A DNA stretch of 64,000 bases. It comes from a virus. Below the pieces are notes generated by a model. That model was given only the letters and a program-made list of their open reading frames with translations. It was not told the DNA's origin and did no database searches. The position numbers were made by a program, and so were the translations under genes. Location of the stretch: the IMG/VR virus record IMGVR_UViG_3300029704_000004. One strand, given 5' to 3'. Shown here one piece after another: positions 43,333 to 53,400 of this stretch; within the stretch, counting starts at the first letter, position 1; each line of letters begins with the position of its first letter.

Positions 43333-46300
43333 ATGGATTTTGAAGAAATAAAAAATATGGCTACTAATGGTGTTAGTTATATAAATCCTAGCCCTAGTAG
43401 AAGTAAGAAGCATCCAAGTCCTAAAATACTTAATAGTTTAGACCCTATAAAGATTGCTGAATTAACAACTGGTTTTGCTGATAGAGAAATCAATGAAGGT
43501 CTTACTAGTGGTAAAGTTCTTACTAATCAAGCTGATAAAGCAGACCAACTTCGTCATTATGGAGTTACTCCAAATGCTAGTATCGTTGACGTAGATAAGG
43601 TTCTTGCTGAATCTCAAAGTAATCTTCGTAAGTTAGGTTCTGCTGTTAGTCAAGCAGTAGTTAGTGAAATTGGTCTCGGCACTGTAAGAGGTGCCGCAGA
43701 CCTTTTTGACCTTATAGGTAATGTAGTTACAGGAAATGCTGCTAATAATGATTATACTAACCCAGTTAGCGAAAAGATTCAAGAATGGCAAGATTATTTT
43801 AATACTGAAGTTGCTCCTATTTATGCTGACCCAAATTTAGATATAACTAATGGTGGTTTAACTAATTTTGGTTGGTGGGCAAGTAATATGCCAAGTATTA
43901 TGAGTTCTGTTACTTTATTACTTCCTAGTACAGCTGCAACTAAAGGTTTACAATGGTTAGCTAAAGCTTCTGCTGCAAGTAAACTTGGAACTGCTACTCG
44001 TAATGGAATTAAAGCTCTTGTTGGAATAGATAGAGCTCTTGGTAAAGAAGGTAGAACTCTGAATAAATTTCAACAAGGAGTTAAAACTCTTGTAGATGCT
44101 CCTATTAATGGTCTTGGTGCTAGAACTGGACAATTTGTAGAAACAGGTTTAAATGCTGCTTTAAGTAGAACTATGGAGAACTATCAAGAAGCACAAGGTG
44201 TATATAGTGATGTATTTAATACAGCTACTGATACACTTAATAAAATGACTCCACAAGAGTTTACAGAATTTGTCAATAAGAACCAAGACATTTATAATGA
44301 AGCTGGTGGTGATAATGCTAGTAAAGAAGATATTGCTAGAGTTATTGCTCAAAAGTCTGCTAATCAAGACTTCCTTACTAACTATGTAAATATTGGTTCT
44401 GATATTCTTCAATTATATGGTTTACGAAATATGTGGAAAGGTTTAAAGAATGGAGTTAGTTCTTCTACTTTAACTTCTGCTGCTCGTAATGCTAGACGAA
44501 CACTTGGTAAAACTCCTGAAGAAATAGCTGAAATGGAAGCTAAACAATCTTTTTTAAAGAAAGCTGGTCAAAAGATTATTGATAAAGCTTTAGATGAAAA
44601 GACTGTTATTGCTGGAGAACTTAGTGAAGGTCTTGAAGAAGCAGTTAACTATATTTCCCAAATGGAAGGTACTCATCTTGGTAATGTTTATCTTGGACTT
44701 GAAAGTGATTCAGCTTTTGATGATAGACTTCAAAAGTATATGCGAAGTGGAGGTCTTTGGGATAGTGTATTCTGGGGAGTAATGGGTGGTGTTGTATTTC
44801 ATCATTTAGGCAGTGGTTTTGGAAGAATTAGCCAAACTTTAAAAGATAGAGCTGATTCTAAAACTGACGAAAGAACTGGTGAAGGTAAATCAAAATCTAT
44901 GTTTAGTCTTAGTGAAACTTCTGAAATCAAAGCTCGTAAAGCTAATATTGAATCTTGGAACAATAGTATAGAAAACTATTGGAACCAAATGTCCCAAATT
45001 AAAGACGGAAATAATCCTTTTAGTGTTAGCAATGAAGATAAAACTTTCAATAACGATTTAGATAAAGAAGCTGCTGCTCAACGAGCTTATGATGAACTTC
45101 TTACTGGTATGACTTTAAATGCTGCTCATAATGGAAATCTTGGTATGCTTAGAAGTTATATGTCTAGTGATGATGTTCGTAAAGCTATGGTTGATAAAGG
45201 TGTAACTGATGAAGCTAATTCTAAAGTTGACCAACAGAAAGCTTTGGATAAAATGGATGAAGTTACTGCTAGTTATGAAGCTGAATTAAAGAAACTTGTC
45301 AATTTAAGTGAAGCAGTTAGAGTAACTAAACATACTGATGATATTCTTCCTATAGAGTTCTTGCAAAGTATTGCTACTAATAACGTTGTTAATAAACAAT
45401 ACAATGATAAGATTAATACTCAAATTGATGAACTTGATAAGCAAATAAATACTGCTTTTGATAATGAAGATATTAAAAATATTTTAGGTCAAGATTATAC
45501 TCCTGAACAATATCAAATTGCTGCAAGTACCGCTTTGCTTACTAATGAACTTCGTACACTTCAAGCTGAAAGAAGTCGTCTTCTTAGTGATAAAAAGAAG
45601 ATGAATAATATTAGTACTAAAGTTGCTGTTGATAATATCAATAAACTTATGAATAAGTATCAAGACATGATTGATACTAATAGTTTAAGATATGCTCTTC
45701 ATGAATCTTTACAAGGTGCTTATAATGATGAAGGTAAAGTACAAAGTTTTACTAATCAAGCTAGTACTACTCTTGCCAATATACTTAGTGGTAAAACAAA
45801 TAGCGGATTGTGGCTTACTGATGATGATATTGTTGAAGAATTAAAGAACTTTGCTAAGAAGTTCTCTGTTAGTCCTAGAATTGCAGAATTTGAAAATCCT
45901 ACTGATATAGTTAATCAAGTTAGAGAACATGGAACTTATCTCAGAAGGATTAATCAAAAACTTCAAGCTACTGATAAAATTGGAGTAAATGGAACTGATG
46001 GTACTCTTTCAGCTTTACTTGTTAATAAGACTGCTCTTGAATTAAGACGTGCTTATAATGAAAGTAAAATGGTTAATAACGCTGATGAACTTGCTACAGA
46101 GATTTCATTTATGAATAATACTATGAATGAAGGTCGTAAGAAAGCTATTGATTCAGCTTATGAAACTATTACTAAATTATCAGATAAGTACGGTAATGAT
46201 AAATTTGCTGCAAGAATAGGTGATGCTATTGGAGCTTATTATCAAAGAAGTAAAGATGATATTGATTCTATTCTTGATTTTATGAATGAAGATGATAAAT

Positions 46301-49300
46301 CTGCACTTAATGATGCTCTTGATGTTCTTAATCTTACTAAAGGAAAGAATTATCGTTTAGGAGAACAAATTCAAGGTTTCCTTAGTCTTCGTCAAGATAT
46401 ATTTGATAGTCAAGAAAGAGAAGAAAGTCATAATGTTAATAATCCAGATGATAGTAATAATGGTGCTGAACCAGAGAGTACAACTACTCCTCCCCCTAGC
46501 ACGCAAACGACCTCAAATCCTGCGTCACAAGCCACTCAACCTCAGCAGCCTATTAATCAATCGGCAAGCACCCCACAGTCGCCTATAGCGCAAGGAAACA
46601 CGCCTACAGGCAATTCGCAATCACAAAGTGCGCAGCCAACACTACGCAACGAAGTGGGTGAGCGGGTCACAGAATTTTTAAATAGTCATAGTTCTATAAA
46701 ACCAACTAATATAAAAGTAGATAAAAATGGTAATGTTTCTAGTGGTGAACTTACTATTGATAATAATGCTAGAACGGAAGATATATTTGCTTTTATGGGT
46801 AATGCAGATTTATTTGAAAATCCTGAACTCGCTAATATTCCTAGTGCTACTGTAGAAAGAAATCCAAGTTTTGAATATGATGATAATAGTAATCCTATTA
46901 TTATTCAAAAAGGAAAAATTGACGTACAATTAGCAACTGGTCAATCAAATAGTTCAATACCTTTTACGGGGGGGTCTTCTGGTTCTAATGCTAGTACATC
47001 TACACAAGATAATACTAGTACTAATCAACAAACTACTCAGCAACAAGCTCAACCAGCTACTCAACCTCAAGTTGTAGATAGAGCTGAACTTACTGCTAAT
47101 TTTATGGGAAAACTTAGAACTAGTGGTAAAGAAATTAAAGCAGGTAATTTAACTGCTGAAGAGTTTATTAAATCTCTTAAAGATGAAGGTATTGCTCTTG
47201 GAGCAAGTCAAGAAGATATTGACGGAGCTATAACCAGTGTAAAAGCTGTTATGAACAACCTTCTTGGAACTACTTTTGCTTCTAGTGTTGGTGAAGTTAT
47301 GCTTGCTAGTGCAGTAGAGGAATATAAACCAAGTTTATCTTTCGGAAATGAATATAAAGATGCTGCTAATAATATGCTTAAAAATTATGCTTTTGAAGTT
47401 AAACTCAGACAACATAACGGAAAGTATTATGGTAATCTTGAAGATTTACTCCGATATATAAACGAACATAGTCCTAGTAAGAATACTGCTGATTTCATTT
47501 ATAATAGTCTTAAAGAATATCTTAAAACTGAAGAAGCTAAAAAGCAATTTGTAATGCTTGATGCTGATTCAGTTGATGATGCTGAATTTATGACTAATGT
47601 TCGTAAGACTGCTGGTGAACGTAGAGCCGAAGCTATTAAAGCTGGTACTCTTAAACGAGTTAATATTCGTGAGCTTAGTGAAGTAGTTCCTCCTGATAGA
47701 ATTGATGCAAGTTTAGCAGAACTTGATAAAATTAAAGAAGGCGATAAACTTACTGTAAAGAAAGCAAACAAGCTTGCTACTAATACTGATGTTTTATTAG
47801 TTCAACATAATGGTACTACTGTTGGTTGGATGGGTATTCCTACTTTTGATGTATCAACAGGAAGATATATTCAAGTTAACGATTGTATCAAATATACTGT
47901 AGGTAGGTCTGCTGAATATGATGGTGCTGTTAAAGATTGGATTCTTTCTATAGCTGACCCAAAAGATGAAGATAGTAGAAAACTTAACGACCTTCTTTAT
48001 AAAATAGCATTTGATAAGAAATATGATGGTTCATTTGTTGAGAAGTTTAAGAATAATCCTAGAGTTCAGGAAGCTGTAAAGAATGATTTTATAGTTATCA
48101 ATAAAGATAAAGGTTTTACTTATGCTAAAGCTCTTGATGGTATGGTTAAATTATGGAGATATAATCCTAATGTATCTTCTTTTAATCCTATTCCTGAAAG
48201 TATTAAATTGTTCTTTGATAATCTTAGAACTAGTTATCAAACTAGTTTAGCTTTGATTAATAACAATCAAGAACTTACTGTTAGTAAAATAAGTAAAGGT
48301 GAACTTCTTAGACTTGCTCCGCATGGAACTCCTGGAGAAGCATTTAGATTTGCTCAACCTGCAAGTATTGCTATTAGTAGTAAAACTGATGCTAGAATAG
48401 CTTTAGCTAGAAATCTATCTCAAATTGAAGTTAGCGGTAAGCAAACTAATGATAATCTTGGTTTTAGAATGAACCAAACATTAATTGCTATCGATAATGG
48501 AAATGGTACTATAGATTATACTAATGCTTATCCTGTAAATTGGGGAGTTACTAACTATGAGAAAGATGGTAAACTTGTAAATATGCCACATAGTAAAGTT
48601 CTTGCTGATTTAACTAACGCTATTGAAGGGCAAATTATTGATAGACTTACTAATCTTCAGAAAGGTGATAGTTTAGCTAATTGGAATGAGTTTAGAAGTT
48701 TTCTTGATACTCTTCTTGATTATAACAATAATAGTACTCTATTTAAAACTAGTGGTGTTTTTCATCGTAACAATGGACTTACTTATATTAATGCTGGAAG
48801 TAAAGCTGTAGCACTTTATGCTTGTGATACTAAACGTACTGGTGCTCCTACACAACTTGTATTTATGGAACATGGTAAAAAAGTTAGTAGTTATAGCTTG
48901 TTAGATAATGGAGCTGAAGCTGGTAAAGCTCTTGTTCAATTCCTTAGAGAAAACGCTACTGTAAACTTTGCTCACGAACTTCTTAGTAGTGATAATAATA
49001 CTTCTATTCCTTTAAAAGGTTTTGTAAGTAGAAATGCTGACGGAAAACTTGTGATTAATATACCTGAGTATAATGGTAAAAATGGTTTTAATCGTGTTGA
49101 AGAATCATATAATGATTTTATGATTAAGAATGATTTACTTAGAGTAGATTTAGCTCAAGTTGATGGAAGTAACTATTCAAGATTTTCATCTAATATGAAA
49201 GCTAATAGCGTACTTGAATTTACTGTAGGTGATGAGGTGAAACAAGAAGAAGAAAAGCCACTAGAACCCCCCCGTAAAGAGAATGTATCCACCAATACCA

Positions 49301-50349
49301 CTGACCGAGTTAAATCTATTATTGAAAGTGATAGTAAAACTAAAGGTCTTGATATTGCAAAAGCTATTCTTCCTGAAGAAGCTGTAAATCTTCTTAATAA
49401 TGCAGGCAAATTAACTAGTATTTTACCAGAAAATGTTATCTTTGCAAATGACAGAATCGAAAAGTTTAGAGCTTCTGAAAAGAATAACAATATCAACGCT
49501 ATGTATGAAAAAGGAGATATTGTCGTTGGTGATGATTTCTTTAAAGAAACTAGTGGTCGTCAAGTAAGAATACTTATTCACGAAGGTCTTCATAAAAGAC
49601 TTCATGATTATGGTCCTTCTCAACACAGAAAGTTCCTCAATAATATGACTGAAATTTATGATGATTTTAGTAAAGCTATTGATGAAGACCTTAAAGATAT
49701 TGCTGATGGTAATATTAAAGCTGTTAGAGAAAGACGTAACTTTGAAGATACTTTAACTGACGAAGCTATAACAGATTGGCTTAAATACATAGACAGTTTC
49801 AAATTTAAAGAATATGTAGATAGAGGTCAACTTGATAGAGCTAAAGAAGAGTTTATCGTAGAATCTCTTACTAATGTAGAGTTCATTGATTATCTTAATA
49901 AAGTCAAAGTAGATGATGTTGGAGATAAATCTAGACATAGAACTGCTTGGCAAATGATTATGGACTTTATCAATAAATTGTTTAGACTTGATATAGCTGA
50001 AGGAAGTCTCAGAGAAAAAGAGTATAATGCATTTGCTAAAGCTTTAAGTATAGATAAAAATGCTGATACAAATGTTCAAACTGAGACAGAACCTACTATA
50101 GAAGAAACTCAAGATGAACAAGTTGAAGATGAAGTTGTCGAAGATGAAACTCCTACTCCTGGAGGCGATAAAGACATAAATAATGGTGTTGATTTAGATG
50201 ATGTTTATGATGATGATGATGATGTTAATCTATCCTCACGCTCAGAATATCCGTCCCTCTACTCGACAATCGAAAGCCTTCCAATGGAGCAACATTCGCA
50301 ATTTGCCACTTTGCTTGCGTCAGGTGACATTTCGATTACATGCAAATAA
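43333..50349 (+). CDS. giant virion/cargo protein (2338 aa) with C-terminal HExxH zincin-like motif
   Basis: HEGLH at 49579-49593 lies within RQVRILIHEGLHKRLHDYG. There is an N-terminal hydrophobic segment (WWASNMPSIMSSVTLLLP) and P/Q/S/T-rich linkers. The protease assignment is motif-level only. Confidence 0.55.
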   Translation: MDFEEIKNMATNGVSYINPSPSRSKKHPSPKILNSLDPIKIAELTTGFADREINEGLTSGKVLTNQADKADQLRHYGVTPNASIVDVDKVLAESQSNLRKLGSAVSQAVVSEIGLGTVRGAADLFDLIGNVVTGNAANNDYTNPVSEKIQEWQDYFNTEVAPIYADPNLDITNGGLTNFGWWASNMPSIMSSVTLLLPSTAATKGLQWLAKASAASKLGTATRNGIKALVGIDRALGKEGRTLNKFQQGVKTLVDAPINGLGARTGQFVETGLNAALSRTMENYQEAQGVYSDVFNTATDTLNKMTPQEFTEFVNKNQDIYNEAGGDNASKEDIARVIAQKSANQDFLTNYVNIGSDILQLYGLRNMWKGLKNGVSSSTLTSAARNARRTLGKTPEEIAEMEAKQSFLKKAGQKIIDKALDEKTVIAGELSEGLEEAVNYISQMEGTHLGNVYLGLESDSAFDDRLQKYMRSGGLWDSVFWGVMGGVVFHHLGSGFGRISQTLKDRADSKTDERTGEGKSKSMFSLSETSEIKARKANIESWNNSIENYWNQMSQIKDGNNPFSVSNEDKTFNNDLDKEAAAQRAYDELLTGMTLNAAHNGNLGMLRSYMSSDDVRKAMVDKGVTDEANSKVDQQKALDKMDEVTASYEAELKKLVNLSEAVRVTKHTDDILPIEFLQSIATNNVVNKQYNDKINTQIDELDKQINTAFDNEDIKNILGQDYTPEQYQIAASTALLTNELRTLQAERSRLLSDKKKMNNISTKVAVDNINKLMNKYQDMIDTNSLRYALHESLQGAYNDEGKVQSFTNQASTTLANILSGKTNSGLWLTDDDIVEELKNFAKKFSVSPRIAEFENPTDIVNQVREHGTYLRRINQKLQATDKIGVNGTDGTLSALLVNKTALELRRAYNESKMVNNADELATEISFMNNTMNEGRKKAIDSAYETITKLSDKYGNDKFAARIGDAIGAYYQRSKDDIDSILDFMNEDDKSALNDALDVLNLTKGKNYRLGEQIQGFLSLRQDIFDSQEREESHNVNNPDDSNNGAEPESTTTPPPSTQTTSNPASQATQPQQPINQSASTPQSPIAQGNTPTGNSQSQSAQPTLRNEVGERVTEFLNSHSSIKPTNIKVDKNGNVSSGELTIDNNARTEDIFAFMGNADLFENPELANIPSATVERNPSFEYDDNSNPIIIQKGKIDVQLATGQSNSSIPFTGGSSGSNASTSTQDNTSTNQQTTQQQAQPATQPQVVDRAELTANFMGKLRTSGKEIKAGNLTAEEFIKSLKDEGIALGASQEDIDGAITSVKAVMNNLLGTTFASSVGEVMLASAVEEYKPSLSFGNEYKDAANNMLKNYAFEVKLRQHNGKYYGNLEDLLRYINEHSPSKNTADFIYNSLKEYLKTEEAKKQFVMLDADSVDDAEFMTNVRKTAGERRAEAIKAGTLKRVNIRELSEVVPPDRIDASLAELDKIKEGDKLTVKKANKLATNTDVLLVQHNGTTVGWMGIPTFDVSTGRYIQVNDCIKYTVGRSAEYDGAVKDWILSIADPKDEDSRKLNDLLYKIAFDKKYDGSFVEKFKNNPRVQEAVKNDFIVINKDKGFTYAKALDGMVKLWRYNPNVSSFNPIPESIKLFFDNLRTSYQTSLALINNNQELTVSKISKGELLRLAPHGTPGEAFRFAQPASIAISSKTDARIALARNLSQIEVSGKQTNDNLGFRMNQTLIAIDNGNGTIDYTNAYPVNWGVTNYEKDGKLVNMPHSKVLADLTNAIEGQIIDRLTNLQKGDSLANWNEFRSFLDTLLDYNNNSTLFKTSGVFHRNNGLTYINAGSKAVALYACDTKRTGAPTQLVFMEHGKKVSSYSLLDNGAEAGKALVQFLRENATVNFAHELLSSDNNTSIPLKGFVSRNADGKLVINIPEYNGKNGFNRVEESYNDFMIKNDLLRVDLAQVDGSNYSRFSSNMKANSVLEFTVGDEVKQEEEKPLEPPRKENVSTNTTDRVKSIIESDSKTKGLDIAKAILPEEAVNLLNNAGKLTSILPENVIFANDRIEKFRASEKNNNINAMYEKGDIVVGDDFFKETSGRQVRILIHEGLHKRLHDYGPSQHRKFLNNMTEIYDDFSKAIDEDLKDIADGNIKAVRERRNFEDTLTDEAITDWLKYIDSFKFKEYVDRGQLDRAKEEFIVESLTNVEFIDYLNKVKVDDVGDKSRHRTAWQMIMDFINKLFRLDIAEGSLREKEYNAFAKALSIDKNADTNVQTETEPTIEETQDEQVEDEVVEDETPTPGGDKDINNGVDLDDVYDDDDDVNLSSRSEYPSLYSTIESLPMEQHSQFATLLASGDISITCK
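46953..46978 (+). repeat. GC-rich dispersed repeat, copy N (+, G7), intragenic
   Basis: TTCAATACCTTTTACGGGGGGGTCTT, read as SIPFTGGSS inside a low-complexity linker. Confidence 0.9.
49261..49290 (-). repeat. GC-rich dispersed repeat, copy O (-, C7 variant), intragenic
   Basis: The + strand reads CTAGAACCCCCCCGTAAAGAGAATGTATCC, read as LEPPRKENVS. Confidence 0.9.
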
Positions 50350-50358
50350 GATTAATCG

Positions 50359-50391
50359 CTCGCTGAGAAATAAGCCTCTCAGCGAGTTTTT
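50359..50391 (+). terminator. rho-independent terminator between the two giant ORFs
   Basis: CTCGCTGAGA-AATAAGCC-TCTCAGCGAG (perfect 10-bp stem) followed by T5. Confidence 0.8.
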
Positions 50392-50421
50392 AAAATATTA
50401 AATAACTTAATATAGATAGTT

Positions 50422-53400
50422 ATGGCTAATAATTGTAGTTTAAAATTTAATGAAACTAAGGTTTACACCAACCTTAAAGCTGAAGTTGGAAACGATGATG
50501 TTTTATTTAACAGCTTAATGAGTGCAGTAATTGATGGTTCTAGACCATCTGGTTTTAACAAGGAATTTGAAACCTATTATGCTAATAATTATGGTTCTAT
50601 TCCTAATACAAATGATGAAAGTAAAGAAGTTGCTACTGCTATTCAAAATTTTTATAAGAATAGAAATTTTAATGTAAATGAGCATACAACTGATTCTGCT
50701 TTCATTTCTGATGTTAAGTCTAAAGGTTATACTAGTACTGCTGCTAAAACTTGTGGTATTAGAACTACTGGTAATTTGATGTTAGCATTCTATCATAACG
50801 ATTTAATTAAAGGTCGTCTTGAAGAACATGCTGAAGATAGAAAAGATAATCTCGCAAATAGAGTTATAAATCGTATGTTGGGAGCTGTAGCAACAAATAT
50901 TCTTGAAGCTAGAAAAGTAGAAGCTACAAAAGAAGAAATTGCTAAAGTTCGTAAACAACTTATGAATACTAAGAGTAATGATTTTGTTAAGCTTGAGGAT
51001 GAAGTTTCTAAAACTACTCCTCAACTTAGAAATCAATTTGCTACTCTTAAAGATATGCTTTCTGATAAAGTTAAATATTTTACTCAAGTTATTCAAACTG
51101 ATGATAGACTTGGCGAAATTCGTTTTAAGAAAGATGATGATTTAAGTCAGCAAGAAGCAGATTGGAGTGAAAGTTTCGATATAGAAGATGATGATGATTT
51201 AAATCTTAACAATGCTGCTGATAATGCAAGTAACAACGAAAAAGATACTACTACTGCTCGTTGGGAAGATAATGGAACTAAATCTGACTTTATGAAAGAT
51301 TTTAGTTTTGCTGTTCGTAGTTATCTTTCAACTATTCCTAAACTTAGTAGTACAGAAGTAAGTGCTGACGGTAAATATCAATATGATAAAAGTAATCCTC
51401 TTGGAATGGTAGATTATATGGATTTTAAAGTCGTAAACTCTGCAATTAGAGGAGATATTGAAACTACTAATATTGATGCTTTTTTAAAGAAACTTGAAGA
51501 TATTGCAAAATCTAATAAAGAATATGCTGGTCTTGCTTATTTAGCTAATGACCTTAAAAAGAAACCAGATTTTGCTTATAAATTATTTCAAGTTTATAGA
51601 AGAAGAACTATAAGAAAACAGCAAGTTCGTATTGATGATAATTCTGTTTCTCCTACTAGAAGTAATAATCGTGCAGATAAACTTGAAACTTTAAGAATTA
51701 ATTATCTTAATGATATTAAGTCAACTGCTCTTAATATCATGATTGAAGATACTAATGATATTCTTGGAGCAATTAAAACTAAAATAGATGATTATAAGAC
51801 ACTTCAAAAAACTAAAGGATTTGATTTAAATAAACAAGCATTAAGTGCTGATATTATCAATGCTATTGCTAGTCGTTTAAAGCAATATTATCCTTCTCTT
51901 GATAAAGCTGCTATTGAAAGATTCGCTAGACTTAATGGAAAAGTTGACGGTAAAACTCCAAATATTGCTAATAATCTTACTCAACTTTATGGTTATCTTG
52001 AGAATACTGCAAAGTATGCTAACGAAACTCTTAATAATAAGCGAAATCTTGATAATAGATTTAAAGAAGCTAACAAGATTAAAGATAAGAAAGCTAAGAA
52101 AGAAGCTCTAGATAGTGTTCGTGAAGCTTATAAACAAGGCTATCTTTCTACTAATACAAAAGCTTATGCTCTTGAATTAGCTAAATCTTTAGCTCCATAT
52201 TCTGTAGTTAATATTGATTCTAATTCTACTAATGCTCTTGGTAATCAGTCTGCTGACCAAATTAATGACAGTATGATTACTAATTTCCTTAATGCAGTTA
52301 AAGCAACTTTAACTGAACAGCAAAAAGATGGAAGCAAAGTTTCTACTGAACTTATTAATTATGGAAAGTATAAGTTCCAAGGAGTACAATACAATCTTAG
52401 TGGTATTCTTATGGAACATCGTGATGAGAATGGTGCTGTAATTAATTATGGTCTTTTCTACAAAGATAAAGACGGTAATATTCAAATCACTAATTATGCT
52501 AGAGATATGGTTAATATCTCTTTGTTCGATGGTGCAGGAAATCCTAATACTAAAGATAATGTTCTTTATTCAGGTATGTCTAAAGGAGATTATGTATATA
52601 CAGGATTTGCTCAATACTTTAATACAGAGCAAAATCCTAAGATGCTTATGGGTGATTACTTTATGCGTATTCCTTCTGATGCTCCAAAGAACTTTGTAGT
52701 TCATGCTCCTAGATATAAAGTTGATGGCTTATTCTCTAAGATGCACGCTATTAAAAATGCTAAAGGTGAAGTTATAGCTAAAGAAGTTAGTGTTGATGAT
52801 ATTAACGAAAATCATCCAATAGTACAACAGTTTAGAAATATATTCAAACAGGAACTGTTGGATATGGTAAACTTTATCAACATTGTATTTGAAGTTAAAG
52901 AAAATACAGAAACTCTTGAAGATGGTACAGTTGTTGACCAAAGAGGAAGAATTGTATTTAATAATGACAATACTCCAATGTTTAAAAAAGGTTGGGGATT
53001 AGATGCTGAATCTGCTCGTAGAGTATTTGCTAATTATCATATTGGTAAAGGACATAAACATTTTATTGAAAAGAAAGGTGATGGTTGGGCATTTAATGGA
53101 CTTCTTTTTAAAGATGATAGATTTGTTCTTACAGATTATAAAACTGGTACAACTACAAAGTATGGTGACGATTTATTAAAATACTTGTTTCCTTCTCTTT
53201 ACGGGGGGGCTAGAGATGGCTTTATTCCTTTCACTACTAACGCTAATGGTGAAGTAGAACTTAACCTTACAGCAGACCAAGAAGCTATGATTACTAGAAT
53301 GGTTAAAGGTTTTGTAACTGACTATTCTAATAATGCTATTACTCGTATGAGCGAATATAAAGACCTTGACATTAATAATCTTATTAATGAAAAGAATAGT

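Noticed and set aside
1412-53209. The G6-G8 runs interpreted as homopolymer sequencing or assembly artefacts.
   Set aside because: This cannot be fully excluded without reads. However, five of the runs lie inside long ORFs that stay in frame across them, and the flanking 10-15 nt are conserved as well. The copies are therefore real even if individual run lengths could be off by one at the intergenic copies B and F.
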